Shown: piece by piece, positions 44,378 to 50,293 of the stretch | Layout of the letters: every line of letters starts with the position of its first letter | Numbering within the stretch: position 1 is the first letter of the stretch | IMG/VR virus record: IMGVR_UViG_3300040971_000174 | Span: 1 to 50,293 of that record | DNA: 50,293 bases | From: a virus | Taxonomy: Duplodnaviria; Caudoviricetes | Reading direction: 5' to 3' (one strand) | The notes under the pieces: generated by a model | Told to the model about the DNA's origin: nothing | Database searches by the model: none | Seen by the model: the letters and a program-made list of their open reading frames with translations, nothing else | Program-made: the position numbers and the translations under genes

Positions 44378-46478
44378 GTTTGCGCTCCGGGAAGAAGCCG
44401 CCGCCAAAAAGGCCGCTACCGACCTCGGCGATATTGCCAAACGCTTCGAGAAACTCCAGACCGAGGCAGATCAAACGCGCAAGAAGATCAAAGATGCGCT
44501 TTCCCAGGATAAGCCGGCCGACGATCTCAAGAAGAAGTTGGGCGAGATCAATGCCGAGCTATCCAAAACATCCGCAAAAGCGCTCGAGCTTCAGCGTCGG
44601 ATGGATTCCGCCAAATGGGAAAGCGTCCAGAAGCTCGGCGCCGGCCTGCAAAACGTCGGCGATAAGATCGGCCAGATCGGCAGCATGGCCACAATGGCCG
44701 GCGCTGCCATCGCCGGTCCCTTCCTGGCCGCGGCTCAGAACTACGTCAACAAGTCGCCAATGGACGAGGTCGCCATACGCTGGCTGGACGCCCAGGGCGA
44801 GATCGAAGCATCGTTCTTGCGCATTGGGCGAGTCTCTGCCGACCAGCTGCTCCCATTCCTGGAAAGGGCCGCAGACCTGGCCGAAGACATGGCCGGCTTT
44901 GTCGAGCGCAACCCGGAACTGATCAAGGCCCTGGTGGGCTTAGGCGGAGGGCTGTTTGCCACGGGCGCAGTTTTACAGGGTGGATCTGCCATCGCCAAAA
45001 CCGTTGGTGCTGGAGCAGACCTGCTCGGAAAGGCCGGCGGTTTCCTGGCTGGCGGCGGAGGGGCTGCCGGCGCAGGCGCGGCTATCGTCCCTGCTGCTGT
45101 CGGCGCAGCCGCGCTGGGGGCCGGCGGGTACATCGGCTACCAGGCCGGCAATGCCGTCAACCGCGCAATCGGCCAGGACGAACAAAGCGGATCTGATCTC
45201 TGGAGAACTGCTCGCCAGTTATCAGCTGTAGTCAACCCCCTTGGGCTTATCTCCCAGGGACTCAATGCCGCCGGCTTCGAAGAACAAGCTGGCAAGCTAT
45301 GGGACTTCAACAGGGCCTTGCTCGGTCTTGGCGATGCAGCCGACGATGCCAAAGAAAAGACTGCCACAAGCTCAATCGTTACCGAATCAATGCTCAACGC
45401 CTTCGATGCCTGGGAAGAAGCTTCAAGGGCTATTGAAAACTCAGAAAAGGCAGCGGGAGAAGCCCGGACGGCGATCGTCGAACAGGCCGGCGCGCAGCGC
45501 GTCGAACTCGAACAGCGCTACGAGGAAGCCCGCGCCAAAGCAATGGAGAGCTACACCACAGCCCGGGCCGATGCCGAGGCCGATTACTACCGCTCCAGGG
45601 GCGATGTGGCCAGGCGCTACAACGTCGATATTCAGCGCGCAGAGCAGGATCATCAGCGCAAGATGCGCCAAATGCAAATCAGCCACAACCAGCGCGTGCG
45701 CGAGTTGGTTAACGACCGCGATGCGCTGGGGCTGATTGGAGAGATTGGCTCATACGAACAGCAGCGCAGCGACGAAGAAGAAAATTACCGGATCGAGATG
45801 CGGCGCAAATCTGAAGATTTTGCGGCCCAGATCGCCCAAATGGATGCCAATTTCCGCGTTCAGCAGGACCGGCGCGCCCGCGACTTCGAGCGACAAATGC
45901 AAGAAGCCGACGCGCGTCAGGCGCAGGAACTCGAAAAGATCAACCTTCAGGCTGAGCAAAAGCTCTCTCTGCTGGATGATCAGCATAAGAAAGAACTTGA
46001 ATCCCTGAGAAAAAATGAGCAGAACCGCCATGCCATGCTGCGCAGTGTAGCACTGAACGATAACTCGCTCCTGCACAGGGAAACGGCAGAAATGACGGCC
46101 CGCTATAAAAACTGGCTGGAAACGGCCGCCCGGAACCTGAGCCTGCCGGGCGGGGGTGGATACAACGCTCCCCCAGGGCGCGCCAATGGCGGCTATGCCT
46201 GGGATGGCATCTACCGCCTCGGTGAAAAGGGAACCGAATACGTTATGGACAACGACCTGACCAAGAGCGCCGAGCGGGCCCTGGGCGGTCCTGTGACGAA
46301 ATATGGCCTGAGCGATGCTTTATTGGGTCGTGGCCGCGGTGCATCTGCCGGCAGTGGCGCCGGCGCGCTCAGCATGCGCATCGAGACCCAAAGCCTAACC
46401 CTGGGGCAGGTGATCAGGGAGATCGACAGCCGGCTCACCCAAAACAACCGGGCGCTCACACGCGCCTTCGGAGGCTAA
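44343..46478 (+). CDS. Tape measure protein
   Basis: Ala/Gly-rich helical repeats and coiled coil; ANGG...LGEKGTEYV C-terminal motif. Confidence 0.88.
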   Translation: MDENKTIQLILKFALREEAAAKKAATDLGDIAKRFEKLQTEADQTRKKIKDALSQDKPADDLKKKLGEINAELSKTSAKALELQRRMDSAKWESVQKLGAGLQNVGDKIGQIGSMATMAGAAIAGPFLAAAQNYVNKSPMDEVAIRWLDAQGEIEASFLRIGRVSADQLLPFLERAADLAEDMAGFVERNPELIKALVGLGGGLFATGAVLQGGSAIAKTVGAGADLLGKAGGFLAGGGGAAGAGAAIVPAAVGAAALGAGGYIGYQAGNAVNRAIGQDEQSGSDLWRTARQLSAVVNPLGLISQGLNAAGFEEQAGKLWDFNRALLGLGDAADDAKEKTATSSIVTESMLNAFDAWEEASRAIENSEKAAGEARTAIVEQAGAQRVELEQRYEEARAKAMESYTTARADAEADYYRSRGDVARRYNVDIQRAEQDHQRKMRQMQISHNQRVRELVNDRDALGLIGEIGSYEQQRSDEEENYRIEMRRKSEDFAAQIAQMDANFRVQQDRRARDFERQMQEADARQAQELEKINLQAEQKLSLLDDQHKKELESLRKNEQNRHAMLRSVALNDNSLLHRETAEMTARYKNWLETAARNLSLPGGGGYNAPPGRANGGYAWDGIYRLGEKGTEYVMDNDLTKSAERALGGPVTKYGLSDALLGRGRGASAGSGAGALSMRIETQSLTLGQVIREIDSRLTQNNRALTRAFGG

Positions 46479-46481
46479 CCA

Positions 46482-46868
46482 ATGGCATCTTTTGAGATGG
46501 GCGCCACCCTGGAAACCATGACCAATATCGAGGCGCTGACGACCCCGCTGCCTCCGCCGCTGGCCCCGCCGCCGCGTTATCCGGTGCAAAAGACAGCGGC
46601 CAGCGGCCGTGTCTACAACCGTGGTTTTTTGATCGGGCGGTGGATATTCAGCATCCTGCGCTCTGCCCAACTCACTCAGTTGCGGGTATTTTGCCCCGGA
46701 AAGTCGGCCACTGTTTACATCAAAACACTGGCAGCAGACGATACATACAGGGTCTATAGCGCGGTCATGATCTTGCCAGACGAAGAAGATCGCCAGCCGG
46801 CTGTGCGCGACAGGTTGGAATATCAGGTTACGTTTACGCAAATGGTAGAGATCGAGGTCGAAGAATGA
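46482..46868 (+). CDS. Distal tail (Dit-like) protein
   Basis: Follows the TMP; 128 aa. Confidence 0.65.
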   Translation: MASFEMGATLETMTNIEALTTPLPPPLAPPPRYPVQKTAASGRVYNRGFLIGRWIFSILRSAQLTQLRVFCPGKSATVYIKTLAADDTYRVYSAVMILPDEEDRQPAVRDRLEYQVTFTQMVEIEVEE

Positions 46869-49800
46869 GTCGCGCTGCTACCACAGAAGAACTTGCCATA
46901 TATCGATCAGAAGGTCTGGCGGAAAAGCTGTATGCCATCATTGATCAGCCTGTGACGGTCTATCAATGCCAGGTGGACCAGGTTTTTGAGACCCACGACA
47001 AGATCGCCGAGGTTTCGTACACCAGCGCAACCGGCACGCTGGCCGACGCGCTGCCAGGCATGACCGTCCTGGTCGGCTCTACCGCCGGCGCACACGACAA
47101 AGGCCTGGCTCGATTACGAAAAACCTGGTCTGAAAGTATTGCCTACCTCGGGGAAATGTCCGAGATCGACTGGGAGACCGGTTTATATCTGACGGTCATC
47201 GATGCGTTTTCCATCTGGCCGCGTCATCTGCTCGTCAGCGCCGGCGATGTCTGGATGGACTACGATGTCGCCTATAGCGACCAGAACAGCAATTTCAGCC
47301 CCATACCATGCCTGGGGCCAGATCGGGTGCTCAAGCTGGCCGGAGATGATGTTACATCCCAGTTGAGCGCGGAGGCGTCATGGGTGCCCGGATCCACGAT
47401 CAGCGCGTATGCCTGGTCAGTTGTGCGCGGGACCGGTGCCAGCCTGGATGACAACGACATAGCCACGCCGACGCTGACGGCCACCGCAACCGGGCGCATC
47501 CTGATCTCCTGCACTGTCACCGCCGCCAATGGTAAGTCTTCAACTGCTTACCGCAATGTTTACGTCTGGGATCAGGAAAGCCCGCCCGATGAAATTATCC
47601 TGAATGGGCTGGCAGGCAGCTACGAGCGTGGTGGATTTGAGTTTTCTTTCGAGTTGCCAATCTCTCCCGGTTTTACCCCGCGCGACTTCACGAAAGTAGT
47701 TCTGTTTGCTGAGGATGTCCCCCTGTCTATCGGCAGCATCGCCGGCGCGGAGAATGTGCTTGCTGTCGGCTGGATGGACGAGCGGGAGTGCGCAGTCAAC
47801 GACCAGGCCGGCACCGCAAGCATTGGCGTCAAGGGCGCGCACTACTGGCTCTCGAAAATGCAGGGATTCCCAACAGGCATAGAGAACGCCAGCGGAACAC
47901 CAACACGCTGGACGCAGATCCAGAGCTTAACCATCGATAAGATGCTGGCCCATTTCATAACGTGGCGCACCACGCTTTCAAACTGCTGTGATTTCTTCGC
48001 CACCGCAGACACGCGGGTCGCGCCAGCGCTCAAGGCTCCCGTCGGCAATCTTTGGCAACAAATCAAGGTGCTGGCCGACGATAGCATTTTGGCTGCTCCC
48101 ATGTGTGATCCATACAGCCGTCTGTTTGTGCAGATAGATGGCAATATTTTGCCCGTGGCTGATCGCACGGGCACGCCGACCATAATCGAGCTGACGAAGG
48201 ATGATTATGGTCGGGTCGGCTTCTCCCGCCGCGGGCCGGATGTATCCCTGGTTGATGTATCTGGCGTCAACGGCTCGGGCACGCCATTCCTGGCAATTTC
48301 TCCCGGTAACGTTTGGGGAAAGCTGGGCACGCCATTCATAAAAGACAAGTTGCTGATCGACAGCCAGGCGCAGGCCCTTAGTCTGGCCGGGCTTATTTTT
48401 GGGAGAGAAAAGCGCGAAATTGAGAATATTGAAATCAACCTGGTTAGCGCCATACGCCTGGTTACCCTGGCCCCGCGCCAGTATATGGGCCTGGATGTGG
48501 AAGCCGGCGACACCCCCGCCGGCATTGCCTATAGCGGTAAGGTTTTACCCAGGGAAGTGACCATCGAGCACGATGCCACAACGGGCACACTAAATATGAA
48601 TGTCACAGCCGAACCGGAAACATTCCCCGGGCCGGCCGTAAAAAAAGAGCCGCCCAACAATCCCGGTATTGAACTTTCGCCATTCCCGCCACTGCCGCCG
48701 GATCCGCCCGAGCCGCCCGATCCACTCCCTGCGCCAGACACAACGAACTTGCAGGTCCGAGCTGTCGTGCTGCACTGTTGGGGAGGCCTGTACGTCACAT
48801 ACAACATCAACGATGTGGAGCCGACTTGGGTATCCCTGAACGAAAATATCAAACTGGATGACAGTCTATCCCCGCGCCTATTGCATCAAATCGGCGCGCA
48901 CAGGTTTGACAAGACACTGGTGGCCTGTAGTCTTTTTGGGGTATATGTCGCCACGATCGGGGTAACACCGGGGCAATTATATAAGGTTTTCGATTTGGGC
49001 TATGTAGATTCTTATTGTCCACGCGGGGCCGCCGCTGGGGAAAACGTAATATACGGATGCGGCGTCGATGCCGTATCTGGTGCAATTTTTGTGTGGGCTG
49101 GAAATAACAGATATTACCGCTCTAATGCTGTGCCAGCGGAGTACCCGGAAACAATAATGATTCGCTCGCTGGATGGAGGGGCATCCTGGACCAGATTACG
49201 ACCAAAATCGTTCGGTCTTTCTCCTGGAGACATCGATAGATTTTGGGGATTTGACTATCTCCGCAATATTACAGTTGCGGACGGAATACCAATAGCCCAA
49301 AGCTCAAACACAGGCAACTCCGAAACCAGCTTTCAACAAATGCTATTAAACGGCATAAGCACAGACAATTTATACAGATTCTCGCGTGATACGGATGCGT
49401 TTGAATTTGGTAACCACATTCATCATCGAATAGGCTATAGCAAAGATTTGATTTACTATCGCGTTCCTGCGGCGGGTTCTGTGTTGCGAAAATTTATTCT
49501 GGGACCAGACCTCGAAAGTTCCCTATCTTGGTCAACAGATGAAGTACCCGTTGCGGATATTGCAATGAGCGGCAATCCGAATGTTTACTTGCGCGATGCG
49601 CGGAACATGCTAGGAATTGACCCGCTAGGGGAAAGTTGCCTAATCGCTGGCTATGACGGCTATTTCTGGCGCTCTGTAGATCGTGGCGACCATTGGACAC
49701 AAGACGTGTTGATCCCGAATGATGGAACTCCACCAAACTACACTGCTGACGGATTGGGCAGAAATCCATGCCTGGTATCACCAAGTCCCGGAGTATGGAT

Positions 49801-50014
49801 TGCGGCTGCCAATCGGATTGGATTTGTTGGTGCGACAAATCTCAAATACGGTAAAGTCATGTTGTCCGAAGACAACGGCGCAAACTGGTACGACAAAACA
49901 GGCAATCTGTACGACATAGGTGCCGCCGACACCACACCAAGCGGCAGTAATTCGGGCCTGTCGGCCTACAACATCGAAGTATTCTACGGAGATCCAGAAG
50001 GAGCGCCCGAATGA
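46865..50014 (+). CDS. Tail tip/hub protein with C-terminal BNR beta-propeller (probable receptor binding)
   Basis: PKD-like segment, Pro-rich linker, Asp-boxes SLDGGASW, SVDRGDHW, SEDNGANW. Confidence 0.8.
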   Translation: MSRAATTEELAIYRSEGLAEKLYAIIDQPVTVYQCQVDQVFETHDKIAEVSYTSATGTLADALPGMTVLVGSTAGAHDKGLARLRKTWSESIAYLGEMSEIDWETGLYLTVIDAFSIWPRHLLVSAGDVWMDYDVAYSDQNSNFSPIPCLGPDRVLKLAGDDVTSQLSAEASWVPGSTISAYAWSVVRGTGASLDDNDIATPTLTATATGRILISCTVTAANGKSSTAYRNVYVWDQESPPDEIILNGLAGSYERGGFEFSFELPISPGFTPRDFTKVVLFAEDVPLSIGSIAGAENVLAVGWMDERECAVNDQAGTASIGVKGAHYWLSKMQGFPTGIENASGTPTRWTQIQSLTIDKMLAHFITWRTTLSNCCDFFATADTRVAPALKAPVGNLWQQIKVLADDSILAAPMCDPYSRLFVQIDGNILPVADRTGTPTIIELTKDDYGRVGFSRRGPDVSLVDVSGVNGSGTPFLAISPGNVWGKLGTPFIKDKLLIDSQAQALSLAGLIFGREKREIENIEINLVSAIRLVTLAPRQYMGLDVEAGDTPAGIAYSGKVLPREVTIEHDATTGTLNMNVTAEPETFPGPAVKKEPPNNPGIELSPFPPLPPDPPEPPDPLPAPDTTNLQVRAVVLHCWGGLYVTYNINDVEPTWVSLNENIKLDDSLSPRLLHQIGAHRFDKTLVACSLFGVYVATIGVTPGQLYKVFDLGYVDSYCPRGAAAGENVIYGCGVDAVSGAIFVWAGNNRYYRSNAVPAEYPETIMIRSLDGGASWTRLRPKSFGLSPGDIDRFWGFDYLRNITVADGIPIAQSSNTGNSETSFQQMLLNGISTDNLYRFSRDTDAFEFGNHIHHRIGYSKDLIYYRVPAAGSVLRKFILGPDLESSLSWSTDEVPVADIAMSGNPNVYLRDARNMLGIDPLGESCLIAGYDGYFWRSVDRGDHWTQDVLIPNDGTPPNYTADGLGRNPCLVSPSPGVWIAAANRIGFVGATNLKYGKVMLSEDNGANWYDKTGNLYDIGAADTTPSGSNSGLSAYNIEVFYGDPEGAPE

Positions 50015-50293
50015 ACTGGAAGGCATTACAGCGACAATTTCGCGCAACCATGCAGGCCTTGCTCCCTGTTCGTCACGTCGGCTGGACCGGCTGGGCGGAT
50101 GGGACGGTTGCCGACGCCAGCCGGCCGAACTACATCCGGGTTACTTTGCACGGCACCGAGACCGAAGCCTGGAACGATGGCGTGCCGGCTGTATATAATT
50201 TGCAGGTTGATTTGTACAGCGACCCGGATTACCCAGGGCTTTTGCGCGCGCGGCAGCCACGCCTGACTTTCACGAGCGATTTCCCGTATGTGT
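50011..50293 (+). CDS. Tail-region protein (partial, runs off window)
   Basis: ATGA overlap, RBS AAGGAG; MNWKALQRQFRATMQ... stays open to the window end. Confidence 0.65.
   Translation, partial: MNWKALQRQFRATMQALLPVRHVGWTGWADGTVADASRPNYIRVTLHGTETEAWNDGVPAVYNLQVDLYSDPDYPGLLRARQPRLTFTSDFPYV

Larger units (their letters stand above)
1..50293. mobile_element. Temperate siphovirus-like prophage (partial, right end truncated)
   Basis: Canonical gene order: integrase, repressor/cro switch, replication, terminase, portal, capsid, tail tube, TAC frameshift, tape measure, tail tip. No sheath gene and no host housekeeping genes seen. Confidence 0.95.

Noticed and set aside
46865-50293. Diversity-generating retroelement acting on tail genes
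   Set aside because: No reverse transcriptase and no TR/VR repeat pair seen in the window.

Overview
This window is one temperate siphovirus-type prophage. It runs from a serine integrase at the left end through immunity, early/replication, accessory, packaging, head and tail modules, and is cut inside the tail-tip genes at the right edge. The host is probably Chloroflexota (Anaerolineae-like); this is an inference from a TPR-TM protein, a Thr/Ala-rich lipoprotein and AGAAC-N4-GTTCT-type boxes. The most unusual elements are: (1) a Streptomyces-plasmid-like module with an FtsK/TraB ATPase carrying a winged-helix tail, a CGCARCC repeat cluster at the gene's 3' end, and Spd-like membrane proteins; (2) an array of 18-bp imperfect palindromes inside and after a Dam-like methyltransferase; (3) a membrane-anchored GGDEF enzyme with an altered base-specificity site, placed right after cro; (4) a ~770-nt hairpin-rich non-coding region with tRNA-like folds; (5) a DdrB-like ssDNA protein, a minimal PolX, a permuted MuF motif and a candidate nucleotide-signal sponge. 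All calls come from reading motifs by eye; no database search was run.
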